Below are positions 54,135-63,240 of a stretch of 64,000 bases of DNA, piece by piece. The translations under genes and the position numbers were made by a program. Source of the stretch: an uncultured Bacillota bacterium (GTDB lineage Bacteria > Bacillota_I > Bacilli_A > RF39 > UBA660); NCBI GenBank assembly GCA_905212975.1, contig CAJMGO010000004.1:4044-68043 (forward strand), in the 5' to 3' direction. The notes beneath the pieces are model-generated. The model saw only the letters and a program-made list of their open reading frames with translations. It was not told where the DNA came from and searched no databases. Numbering within the stretch: the first letter of the stretch is position 1; the number at the start of each line of letters is the position of its first letter.

Positions 54135-55091
54135 ATGGTGTTAAAAAAGAGGATACTAAATAGAATTATAATTACATCGGCTACGTTATTTACTTTATTT
54201 TTACTTACTTTAATGCCTAAAACTAATGTATTAGAAGTTGAAAAAAAATTGGAATATGTTGATTATACTTTAGAAAGTAATGTCATTTATTTAATTGATC
54301 AATATGATTACGTTTCAAGAACAACTGTCGCCCTTGAACATAATGAGAAAATAGATCAAAAAGCAAAGGAATTATTAGAGCTTCTAATAATTTCAGGAAA
54401 AGAAGAAAGCAAAATTCCAAGTGGTTTCAAACCAGTAATTCCAAGTGATACAAAAATATTGAGCGTTGAATATGTCGAAGGTACAATTAAGGTAAATTTT
54501 TCGATTGAATTTTTAAATATAGAAGAATTTAACGAAAGCAAAGTAATAGAATCAATTGTGTATACATTAACATCCATAGAAAATGTAAAAAATGTTATAA
54601 TATATGTAAATGGTGATGTACTAACAAAGCTGCCATCTGGGAAAATTCTTCCAACATCATTAGATAGAGGCTATGGAATTAATAAAGAATATGATATTAC
54701 AACTTACAAAAATATTGATAAAATAACAATATATTATTTAAGTAAATATAATGATAATATTTATTATGTACCAGTTACTAAGTATATTGATGGTGGTAGT
54801 GATAAAATAGATGTAATTGTTCAAGAATTATCTAAGGGTTCATTATATCATAACAATTTAATAAGCTATCTAAATAATAATACTAAAATATTAAATAAGA
54901 AAAATGATAATAGCAGTATATATTTAACATTTAATGAAAATATTTTTGATAATATTGATACGTATAATATACTAGAAGAGGTTATTAACACAATAAGTTT
55001 ATCAATTGGTGATAATTATGATGTTGATGAAGTTATATTTAATTATAATGGAAAAGAAATTTATAAAAGTGTTATAAAAACTATTGAATAA
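54135..55091 (+). CDS. gerM: GerM-like germination/sporulation protein (two GerMN-type domains)
   Basis: N-terminal TM or signal. Two repeats of the GerMN pattern (..VIYLIDQYDYVSRTT..IPSGFKPVIPSDTKILSVEYVEGTIKVNFS..; ..ITIYYLSKYNDNIYYVPVT..). Confidence 0.6.
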   Translation: MVLKKRILNRIIITSATLFTLFLLTLMPKTNVLEVEKKLEYVDYTLESNVIYLIDQYDYVSRTTVALEHNEKIDQKAKELLELLIISGKEESKIPSGFKPVIPSDTKILSVEYVEGTIKVNFSIEFLNIEEFNESKVIESIVYTLTSIENVKNVIIYVNGDVLTKLPSGKILPTSLDRGYGINKEYDITTYKNIDKITIYYLSKYNDNIYYVPVTKYIDGGSDKIDVIVQELSKGSLYHNNLISYLNNNTKILNKKNDNSSIYLTFNENIFDNIDTYNILEEVINTISLSIGDNYDVDEVIFNYNGKEIYKSVIKTIE

Positions 55092-55137
55092 AAGAAATTT
55101 TTATTGTATAATTGTCTTGTTCAGTTAGAACAGGAAT

Positions 55138-55214
<77 letters not shown>

Positions 55215-55224
55215 TAATGAAAAT

Positions 55225-55251
55225 AACCGTTGAAATTCAACGGTTTTTTTG
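55225..55251 (+). terminator. Rho-independent terminator after tRNA-Arg
   Basis: Stem AACCGTTG / CAACGGTT followed by T7. Confidence 0.75.
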
Positions 55252-55304
55252 TTTATTGCTCTTGATTAGGATTCGAACAACACGACCATAAAGAAGTGCA
55301 ATTT

Positions 55305-56060
55305 CTATCCAGCTTCTAAATAGTGAATTTTATCAAATAATAGGGAAATGAAATTTTTTTTAATAGTAAATTCTAAACTTTTGTTACTATATGTTCCAAT
55401 CTTATCACCACTTTTAATAAGTCTAGCAACAATACTTATTTCTATAATTCCTCTTTCTAATAAATTTAAAAAAGTTTCAAATGATTTTAGTTTATATAAT
55501 TCTAGTGAATAATACCTATAATAAATAACATCATCAATAATTTTTTTACTAGCCCTTATTAAAGCTAGTTTATTTAATTTTAGGCATAAATGATCTTTTA
55601 ATTTGTCTAAGTAAACAAAGGATTCTCTTTCAATTAGTTCATTATTTTTATTGTAAACACATAATATTAATATTTCACTTTTTTTATCAATTTCAAATTT
55701 AAATTTAAAATTATTATTTACGCAACATGGATTCTTACAATTAAGTGTTGCAATAAAAATATTTTTATCACTTATATCTTTATCTGGATATCCATATTTT
55801 TCAATTATTCTATTAATTTCAGGAAATGTCGGGCCATCAAAAGCAGTATTAAATAAATGTAAAGGATATCGGCTAAATCGTGTCGAACATTTTATTTCTA
55901 TATCTTTGTAATCAGGAAAAAACATTGAATCAATTTTTTTATTAATTTCATTTTCAAATGTTAATCCAACATTACCATAACTTTTATATTTACTTTTTAT
56001 CCAACCTTTATTATTTATTTTACAAAATTCATTTATTAAACTTTTCATATTTTCATCCAT
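55305..56060 (-). CDS. MvaI/BcnI-like restriction endonuclease family protein (solitary)
   Basis: GGTGA SD before the ATG at 56060. ..NNKGWIKSKYKSYGNVGLTFENEI..FFPDYKDIEIKC.. (PD-(D/E)xK-type core) and C-terminal ..GTYSNKSLEFTIKK.. recall the monomeric MvaI/BcnI family. Call made from memory of the family pattern only. Confidence 0.5.
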   Translation of the reverse strand: MDENMKSLINEFCKINNKGWIKSKYKSYGNVGLTFENEINKKIDSMFFPDYKDIEIKCSTRFSRYPLHLFNTAFDGPTFPEINRIIEKYGYPDKDISDKNIFIATLNCKNPCCVNNNFKFKFEIDKKSEILILCVYNKNNELIERESFVYLDKLKDHLCLKLNKLALIRASKKIIDDVIYYRYYSLELYKLKSFETFLNLLERGIIEISIVARLIKSGDKIGTYSNKSLEFTIKKNFISLLFDKIHYLEAG

Positions 56061-56079
56061 AATAATCACCTCAAATTAA

Positions 56080-56108
56080 ATTTTAGAGTATTAACATAAC
56101 TAAATCAA
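56080..56108 (-). promoter_or_regulatory. Promoter of the nuclease gene
   Basis: On the minus strand: TTGATT (56108-56103), 17-nt spacer, TAAAAT (56085-56080). Confidence 0.4.
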
Positions 56109-56430
56109 ATGACTGTTTTTGTTATTTCGAATATTTAATAAATATGAAATATATTTTTTTAACATTAATAAATTTGATTTTGAACTTTATAATTATAAAA
56201 AGTAATTTTTTTGTATATAATTAGTTTTTTTTATTTATTTGTGAATTATTATTATATTGGACATAAAATAATTAAAATTAGATATGTGTTAATTATGTTG
56301 CCTTTTATTGCTTTATAAAAATGTATTAATTATTATAAAATATTTTGATTTTGAATATTTATATTACAAAATATTATAATTAAGATTAGTTTAAAGAGCA
56401 TCCTTTCATTCTATGGCGGTCATAGGGCAC

Positions 56431-56456
56431 AAAAAAACTAGTCATAAGACTAGTGG
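56431..56456 (-). terminator. Rho-independent terminator of the minus-strand tRNA pair
   Basis: Minus-strand reading CCACTAGTC-TTAT-GACTAGT followed by T7. Confidence 0.6.
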
Positions 56457-56465
56457 TAAACAAAG

Positions 56466-56550
56466 TGGTGCAGGTGAAGGGACTTGAACCCCCATGTCGT
56501 AAGACACTAGATCCTAAGTCTAGCGCGTCTGCCAATTTCGCCACACCTGC
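56466..56550 (-). tRNA. tRNA-Leu (UAG), long variable arm, CCA encoded
   Basis: Reverse complement GCAGGTGTGGCGAAATTGGCAGACGCGCTAGACTTAGGATCTAG..GGGGGTTCAAGTCCC..CACCTGCACCA. Confidence 0.9.
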
Positions 56551-56556
56551 ACAAGA

Positions 56557-56633
56557 TGGTGGACCCTATAGGACTCGAACCTATGACCGCCCGGTTATGA
56601 GCCGGATGCTCTAACCAACTGAGCTAAGGGTCC
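56557..56633 (-). tRNA. tRNA with CAU anticodon, probably tRNA-Ile2 (lysidine) rather than elongator Met
   Basis: Reverse complement GGACCCTTAGCTCAGTTGGTTAGAGCATCCGGCTCATAACCGG..GGTTCGAGTCC..GGGTCCACCA. C4 and C5 in the acceptor stem and overall similarity to Ile2-type tRNAs. Confidence 0.85.
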
Positions 56634-56808
56634 ATATATGCATTTAGCACTCTTTAATAATAGCATAACCGGGCAAATTATGCAATAATTTTTAAAGAAA
56701 TTTATAAAAAATATATACATTTTATATTTAATAAGTATTTTTTTTAAATAATTTTATACTATTAAATATCTATATAATATGTTATAATTTACTAGAAGGT
56801 GAAGGTTT

Positions 56809-58233
56809 ATGAAATTGTACAACACATTATCGAGAAAAATAGAGGAATTTATTCCTAGAGATGGAAAACATGTAAAAATGTATACTTGTGGTCCTACAGT
56901 ATATCATTATGCACATATAGGTAATCTTAGAACATATATAATGGAAGATATTTTGGAAAAAAGTTTAAATTATATTGGTTATAATGTTCAAAGATGTATG
57001 AACATAACTGATGTTGGACATTTATCTAGTGATGCTGATACAGGTGAAGATAAAATGGTAAAAGGCGCTAAAAGAGAACACAAAACGGTTTTAGAAATAG
57101 CCAAATATTATACACAATGTTTTTTTAATGATTTGAAAAAACTAAATGTAAAAAAACCAGATATTATAGTACCTGCAACTTCATGTATTGATGAATACAT
57201 CAATATGATTGAAAAATTATTAAATGATGATTATGCATATAAAGCAGGGGGAAATATATATTTTGATACTTCCAAGTTAAAAGAGTATTATGTTCTTACT
57301 AATCATTCAGAAGATTCTTTGATTGAAGCTGTAAGAAATGATGTTGAAATTGATTCGAATAAAAAAAATAAAAATGATTTTGTTCTTTGGTTTACTAAGT
57401 CTAAATTTGAAGATCAACAACTAAAATGGGATAGTCCTTGGGGAATTGGTTATCCTGGATGGCACATAGAGTGTTCTTGCATTTCATTAAAATATTTAGG
57501 CGAATATTTGGATATTCATTGTGGTGGTGTTGATAATATATTTCCACATCATACTAATGAAATAGCTCAATCTGAAAGCTATTTGGGACATAAATGGTGT
57601 AATTATTGGTTTCATAGTGAACATTTAAATGATCAAACTGGTAAAATGAGCAAATCTAAAGAAAATTTTTTGACAATTTCATTACTTGAAGAAAAAGGTT
57701 ATAATCCAATTGTTTATAGGCTATTTTGTCTACAATCACATTATAGAAAACAGTTATTATTTTCGTATGATGCTTTAGATCAAATTTCTAATACATACAA
57801 TAAACTATTAAATAAGATTAAAACAATAAAGGAAAATTTATCAGGTGAATTAAATGGTGATAAAATAATATATTATCAAAATAATTTTACAAAAGCACTT
57901 GAAAATGATTTAAATACTTCATCTGCTATTACAGTATTATATGATGTAATTAAGGATGAAGATTTATCTAATAATTCAAAAATATATTTAATAGGAGATT
58001 TTGACAAAGTATTATCTTTAGATTTATTAAATGATAAAGATAATAAAGAGGATAGCATTGATATAGAATTAAAAAAATATATAGAAAATAAAATTAATTT
58101 AAGAAAACAAGCAAAAGAAGATAAAAATTATGAATTAGCGGATAATATACGAAAAGAATTAGCAAGTAAAGGTATTTATATAAAAGATACAAGAGAAGGT
58201 ACAATATATGAAATAAAGACTATTAATCAATAG
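56809..58233 (+). CDS. cysS: Cysteinyl-tRNA synthetase
   Basis: HIGNLRTY (HIGH), WHIECS, GKMSKS (KMSKS), C-terminal DALR-2-like domain. Confidence 0.95.
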   Translation: MKLYNTLSRKIEEFIPRDGKHVKMYTCGPTVYHYAHIGNLRTYIMEDILEKSLNYIGYNVQRCMNITDVGHLSSDADTGEDKMVKGAKREHKTVLEIAKYYTQCFFNDLKKLNVKKPDIIVPATSCIDEYINMIEKLLNDDYAYKAGGNIYFDTSKLKEYYVLTNHSEDSLIEAVRNDVEIDSNKKNKNDFVLWFTKSKFEDQQLKWDSPWGIGYPGWHIECSCISLKYLGEYLDIHCGGVDNIFPHHTNEIAQSESYLGHKWCNYWFHSEHLNDQTGKMSKSKENFLTISLLEEKGYNPIVYRLFCLQSHYRKQLLFSYDALDQISNTYNKLLNKIKTIKENLSGELNGDKIIYYQNNFTKALENDLNTSSAITVLYDVIKDEDLSNNSKIYLIGDFDKVLSLDLLNDKDNKEDSIDIELKKYIENKINLRKQAKEDKNYELADNIRKELASKGIYIKDTREGTIYEIKTINQ

Positions 58234-58543
58234 TCTTTATTTCATATACATTATTTATATCTATCATATTACTAGAAAACTCGTATGTATAATAAACATT
58301 CTTTTTAGGTAATATAATTCTATTAGGTTTTAAATCTTTATATTTAAAAAGAATATTATTATTTTTATCACACATAATGATATCTAAATTTTGCAAGCAA
58401 AAAAAGGTATGAATACTATTACACTTTTTAAATCTGTAGCAAGTCTTAGTTTTTTTTCTTAAAAACATCATTCCTTTAAATTTTGAAAATAAGTTTTTAC
58501 AATTTTTAACATCATATTTTTTATTGTTTATAATTACATTCAT
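58223..58543 (-). CDS. DUF192-like small protein
   Basis: ..FSKFKGMMFLRK..CNSIHTFFCLQNLDIIMCDKNNNIL.. follows the DUF192 pattern (GLM..IHT..M..plD). Overlaps the cysS 3' end by 11 nt. Confidence 0.5.
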   Translation of the reverse strand: MNVIINNKKYDVKNCKNLFSKFKGMMFLRKKTKTCYRFKKCNSIHTFFCLQNLDIIMCDKNNNILFKYKDLKPNRIILPKKNVYYTYEFSSNMIDINNVYEIKTID

Positions 58544-58649
58544 TTAAATCACTAAAACAATAATATCACATAAAAAAACATTTGACAAATATATAAAAAA
58601 AGTATAATATGTTATTAGAAAGAATACTTGAAATCAGGAGGAATGTTAC

Positions 58650-58847
58650 ATGAAAAAATTAAGCAATAAAGGTCAAGCATTAGTTGAATATTTACTTATT
58701 ATAGCTGTTATAAGCGTTGTAGTTGTGGCAGTAGTTAAATTATTGGGTGGTTATTTACAAGATTCTATGACAAAATCTTCTTGCAATTTAGTTGGAAAAA
58801 CTTATGTTGAAGGAAATAAACCAGGTGAGGGAAGTTGTGTAGATTAA
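58650..58847 (+). CDS. flp: Flp-family type IVb pilin
   Basis: 65 aa. MKKLSNKG-QALVEYLLIIAVISVVVVAV carries the GxxxxEY Flp processing motif. AGGAGG SD. Confidence 0.8.
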   Translation: MKKLSNKGQALVEYLLIIAVISVVVVAVVKLLGGYLQDSMTKSSCNLVGKTYVEGNKPGEGSCVD

Positions 58848-58850
58848 AAT

Positions 58851-58882
58851 AGAAATATTACTTGAGTATTTCTTTTTTTTTT
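58851..58882 (+). terminator. Terminator/attenuator after flp, followed by an extended -10 promoter
   Basis: Stem AGAAATA / TATTTCT followed by T10, then TGGTATAAT at 58882-58890. Confidence 0.65.
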
Positions 58883-58916
58883 GGTATAATTTGTATGATA
58901 ATAGGGAGGGTTGATT

Positions 58917-59258
58917 ATGAAGAATAATAGAGGTCAAGCTTTAGTTGAATTTATAATGATTTTGCCTATTTTGATATTATTTATTATGGCAGTATTTGAT
59001 TTTGCCAATATTTTGCTAAAAAAAAATGAAATGAATGATATTTTAAATGATGTTGTTTCTTTATATGAAAACAATAAAAAAGATAAAATCCAATCGTTTG
59101 TGACAGAGAATGGTGTTGAGTTTTTTATTGATGAAAAAGATGAGTTTTTAACAATAACTATTTCAAAAAAAATTGATATAAATACACCTGGATTATCTAA
59201 TATACTAGGAAATCCTTATAAAATAGAAGAAAGCAGGACAATTTATAAAAATGAATAA
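58917..59258 (+). CDS. TadE-like pseudopilin
   Basis: MKNNRGQALVEFIMILPILILFIMAVFDF is the TadE N-terminal motif. GGGAGGG SD before ATG 58917. Confidence 0.7.
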   Translation: MKNNRGQALVEFIMILPILILFIMAVFDFANILLKKNEMNDILNDVVSLYENNKKDKIQSFVTENGVEFFIDEKDEFLTITISKKIDINTPGLSNILGNPYKIEESRTIYKNE

Positions 59259-59622
59259 TAGAGGACAAACATTAACTATATTTATTATTTTAATACCAGT
59301 ATTATTTATGTTACTTGGAGTTATTATTGATATATCGTATGCTACATATGAAAAAAGAAATGTTGAAAATAATATAAAGTATACTGTTAGAACATCTTTT
59401 AGTAAAAATTTAGATGAAGAACAAACGATTGAATTAATTAAAAAAAATATTAAAAACATTGAAGATTATAAAGTTTATTATGATAATGGTGATTTATATG
59501 TATATATAAAAACTAAAGTAAATGGTATATTTAGTAATTTATTTAGTAATCCTATAAAAAATATTGAGGTAACATACAAAGGTACATTTGATGGAGATAA
59601 TATTATTGTAGAAAGGGGATAA
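59251..59622 (+). CDS. TadE/TadG-like pseudopilin
   Basis: MNNRGQTLTIFIILIPVLFMLLGVIIDISYA is a TadG/Tad-N-terminal-like hydrophobic segment. Overlaps the previous gene by 8 nt. Confidence 0.6.
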   Translation: MNNRGQTLTIFIILIPVLFMLLGVIIDISYATYEKRNVENNIKYTVRTSFSKNLDEEQTIELIKKNIKNIEDYKVYYDNGDLYVYIKTKVNGIFSNLFSNPIKNIEVTYKGTFDGDNIIVERG

Positions 59623-59624
59623 TT

Positions 59625-60386
59625 ATGGCAATAAAACAAGCAAAGGTATTTACAATTTCTTCTGTTAAAGGGGGAGTAGGAAAAACTATTACAACAATTA
59701 ATTTAGCAGGTATATTTGAACATGAAAACAAAAAGGTTCTAATAATGGATTTAGATATGTATGCTGGTGCTGTATCACTTTATTTGAATATGGAGAATAA
59801 TACTGACATATTTAAATTAGTTGATGATTTGAGAGAAAACAGGTTTACTAAAATAGAGGATTATGTTGAAAAATATGATGAATATATTGATGTTCTTCCT
59901 TCTCCTCGTGATCCAAGACTTGCTAATAAAATTGGTATTAAATATTTAAATATTGTTATTGCCAAATTAAAATCAAGATATGACGTAATATTAATAGATA
60001 CAAATCATACATTAGATGAAATTAATTTGACTGCATTAGATCAAAGTGATAAAGCTTTATATATAATAAATAATGATTTAGCTGATACTAAAAATATGCG
60101 ATCACTTATGAATATTTATTACAATATGGATATGAAAAATTATGTTGTAGTACTTAATTATTCCAATAGACAAAATAAAAAATATTTTACCGAATATGAT
60201 TTAAAACATATGATTAATAATTCTATAGATTATATTATTCCTGAATCTATGTATGTGAAAAAAATTGAAAAATATTTACTTGATGGAAATATTTTAACTT
60301 TAGATAAAAGATTTGTAAAAAAGAATAAAAAGGGAGTACAAGTATTAGAAAAAATTGCTAATAATTTAGTACGTGAAGATAAGTAG
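59625..60386 (+). CDS. CpaE/TadZ-like ParA/MinD-family ATPase
   Basis: Deviant Walker A SVKGGVGKT. MDLD. 253 aa, with no receiver-like N-domain. Confidence 0.75.
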   Translation: MAIKQAKVFTISSVKGGVGKTITTINLAGIFEHENKKVLIMDLDMYAGAVSLYLNMENNTDIFKLVDDLRENRFTKIEDYVEKYDEYIDVLPSPRDPRLANKIGIKYLNIVIAKLKSRYDVILIDTNHTLDEINLTALDQSDKALYIINNDLADTKNMRSLMNIYYNMDMKNYVVVLNYSNRQNKKYFTEYDLKHMINNSIDYIIPESMYVKKIEKYLLDGNILTLDKRFVKKNKKGVQVLEKIANNLVREDK

Positions 60387-61718
60387 GTGATGAATGTGGC
60401 TAGAAAATTTATAGATGAATTTGATGTTAAATTTGATGAGAGTGATTATAGTATTATAAAAGACTATGATGCATTTGAAAATAAGGAATTACTTGATCAA
60501 TTAAGAACAAAAATTATTCAAAATTTAATTGATAATAATTTAACAGCAAAAGGTACAATGGATGATTTTGTTAAAACTGAGATAGATAAAACATTAGAAG
60601 GATATGATTTGTCTGATATTGAAAGAAGCTATATTTATAATCTTATCGATAATGAAATTAACGGGTATGGACCATTATCTGAATTACTTGAAGATAAAGA
60701 TATAACTGAAATTATGGTTAATGGTAAAGACCAAATATATATAGAACTAAATGGTGAGATTATTAAAGACGATGGGATTTCTTTTATAAATGATGACCAT
60801 ATTATAAGAACTATACAAAGAATGATTCAACCACTTGGTAGAACAATAGATACAACAAATCCTATGGTTGATGCTAGACTTGAAGATGGATCGCGTTTGA
60901 ATGCTGTTATTCCACCACTTTCCTTAAAAGGGCCAGTTCTTACAATTCGTAAATTTAAACCAGAACTTGCTAATATAGAGGACTTTCTTAGAAATGGGAC
61001 TTTAACCCCATATATGGCAAGATTTTTGGAAGCTTGTGTTAAGGCAAAACTAAATATAATTATATGTGGAGGTACTGGTGGAGGTAAAACAACATTACTT
61101 AATGTTTTATCTTCATTTATTGGTAGTGATGAAAGAATTATTACTATTGAGGATGCTGCAGAATTAAAACTTAATCAGGAACATGTTATTTCACTTGAAA
61201 CTAGACTTACAAATTATGAGGGTGAAGGTGCTATAACTATTAGAGATTTAGTTATTAATTCACTTCGTATGAGACCTGATAGAATTATTGTAGGTGAAGT
61301 ACGTGGTAAGGAAGCTTTTGATATGCTACAAGCAATGAACACAGGACATAGTGGTAGTTTAACTACAATGCATGCAAATGGGCCAATAGATGCACTTAAT
61401 AGACTTGAAACAATGATTCTTATGGCTGGAATGGAAATACCTGTTAAAGCTTTAAGAGAATACATTGAAAATGCAATTAATATAGTTGTACATATTCAAA
61501 GACTTTCAGATGGTAAGAGAAAAATTACAAGTATATGTGAAGTTGATGGATTTAAAGATGATGTAATTAATTTAAATGAAATTTTCTCATTCAAACAAGA
61601 TGGTTTAACTTCAAATGGTGAAGTTATGGGTGAGTTTGTAATGAGTAAAAAAGTACCAGAAGTGTATAAGAAAATTAAAAGAGCTGGTATTGATGATATA
61701 GATGATATTTTTGAATAG
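60387..61718 (+). CDS. tadA: CpaF/TadA secretion ATPase
   Basis: GGTGGGKTT Walker A, IITIEDAAEL, RPDRIIVGEVRG, GHSGSLTTMHAN. Start uncertain (GTG 60387, ATG 60390 or GTG 60396). Confidence 0.9.
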   Translation: MMNVARKFIDEFDVKFDESDYSIIKDYDAFENKELLDQLRTKIIQNLIDNNLTAKGTMDDFVKTEIDKTLEGYDLSDIERSYIYNLIDNEINGYGPLSELLEDKDITEIMVNGKDQIYIELNGEIIKDDGISFINDDHIIRTIQRMIQPLGRTIDTTNPMVDARLEDGSRLNAVIPPLSLKGPVLTIRKFKPELANIEDFLRNGTLTPYMARFLEACVKAKLNIIICGGTGGGKTTLLNVLSSFIGSDERIITIEDAAELKLNQEHVISLETRLTNYEGEGAITIRDLVINSLRMRPDRIIVGEVRGKEAFDMLQAMNTGHSGSLTTMHANGPIDALNRLETMILMAGMEIPVKALREYIENAINIVVHIQRLSDGKRKITSICEVDGFKDDVINLNEIFSFKQDGLTSNGEVMGEFVMSKKVPEVYKKIKRAGIDDIDDIFE

Positions 61719-61730
61719 GTGGTGAATAAT

Positions 61731-63236
61731 ATGGAAAAAGATAATTTTAGTTTATATGAATTAACTGAATATGGAAATGAACCATTAATTATAACATATA
61801 AACCTGTATCTTCTTCTTATAAGTATACATATGAAGTGTATAAAGATGGTAAAATTATTTCATCATCTACTGTAACAAATAGAAAACCTGTAGATATTGC
61901 TTTAGATGACTCAGGAATTTATCAAATAATAGTAACATCTTACGATAGGTGGGATCATATAACTAAATATGAAAGTGGTATGTATAAACTTGATTTGTCT
62001 AGTCCACATATCATATCTGATTCAGTTATTAATTTGGAACAAACATCTTCTATATCTATGGATATGTTTAAATCAAATATAAGAGTAGAAGATAATATTG
62101 ATAAAGATTTATATGATGATATAAAGTGTGATTTTGATAAATATAATTTTTCTAAGTCTGGATTGTATAAAGTTGATTGTTCTGTAAGTGATAAAGCAGG
62201 AAATACAACATCTACGGTTTTAAATTTTAATGTTAAAAAAAGTACTAAGGTACAATATCAAATTACACTATCATTAATTTTATTATTTATATTTATTTTA
62301 CTTATATTGTTTATAAGATATAGAAAAGCAATAGCTTTAGAGAAAAAAATATCAAAATATACAGTAGAACCATTAAAAAATAAGGAAGATACTTTATTTG
62401 AAAAAGGAAAAATATTATATATTAAGATAATTGATAAAGTATCAGAAATTTTTAATAAATCAGAAATATTAAATAGAATGTCTAAAAAGTATGAAAAATA
62501 TATTAGAATTAGTTCTTTTAAAAATTCTATGGATATAATCTCAAGTAAATTTATTATAGGTATGATTTGTATGATTTTATCAATTTTTTCTAAAACTATT
62601 CAATTTGAAGTAATAAATTTACCAGAACTATTAATATCTTTTATAATTGGTAATTTTATTCCAAATATTTATTATTTTGTGAAATATAAAATGTATAGAA
62701 ATAGACTTGAAAATGATTTACTACAAGCAATAATTATTATGAATAATGCATTTAAATCAGGAAGAAGTATAAGTCAAGCAATTGAACTTGTCACTAAAGA
62801 ATTAAAAGGGCCAATAGCCGAAGAGTTTAAAAAAATGAGCTTAGAACTTTCTTTTGGACTTTCTATTGATGTTGTTTTTAAAAGATTTGGTGAGAGAGTT
62901 AAAATAGATGAGATTAATTATTTAACTTCATCTCTTTCAATATTAAATAAAACAGGTGGTAATATAATTAAAGTATTTTCATCTATCGAGAAAACTTTGT
63001 TTAATAAGAAAAAATTAAAGTTAGAATTATCATCATTAACAGGTAGTTCTAAATTGATAGTATATGCGTTATTTATAATTCCTTTATTATTTATTGTGTT
63101 TATTAGTGTTATATCACCATCTTATTTTGAACCTTTATATACAACACTACTAGGAAGAGCTTTGTCTATTTTAATATTTATAATTTATATTATTTATGTA
63201 TTTTTTGTTAGAAAAATTATGAAAGTTAGGATGTGA
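61731..63236 (+). CDS. tadB: TadB-like type II secretion system F-domain protein with ~170-aa N-terminal Ig-like extension
   Basis: C-terminal T2SSF domain (..NNAFKSGRSISQAIELV..FGLSIDVVFKRFGERV..) with flanking TM segments. N-terminal soluble region contains SDKAGNTTSTVLNFNV. Confidence 0.75.
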   Translation: MEKDNFSLYELTEYGNEPLIITYKPVSSSYKYTYEVYKDGKIISSSTVTNRKPVDIALDDSGIYQIIVTSYDRWDHITKYESGMYKLDLSSPHIISDSVINLEQTSSISMDMFKSNIRVEDNIDKDLYDDIKCDFDKYNFSKSGLYKVDCSVSDKAGNTTSTVLNFNVKKSTKVQYQITLSLILLFIFILLILFIRYRKAIALEKKISKYTVEPLKNKEDTLFEKGKILYIKIIDKVSEIFNKSEILNRMSKKYEKYIRISSFKNSMDIISSKFIIGMICMILSIFSKTIQFEVINLPELLISFIIGNFIPNIYYFVKYKMYRNRLENDLLQAIIIMNNAFKSGRSISQAIELVTKELKGPIAEEFKKMSLELSFGLSIDVVFKRFGERVKIDEINYLTSSLSILNKTGGNIIKVFSSIEKTLFNKKKLKLELSSLTGSSKLIVYALFIIPLLFIVFISVISPSYFEPLYTTLLGRALSILIFIIYIIYVFFVRKIMKVRM

Positions 63237-63240
63237 TTTT

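Noticed and set aside
56172-56371. Repeated TTTGATTTTGAA-containing ~30-mers, considered as a CRISPR array or a replication-origin-like iteron set.
   Set aside because: There are only two imperfect copies 170 nt apart, with no regular repeat-spacer periodicity and no cas or rep genes nearby. They are kept only as a minor note within the nuclease-islet finding.
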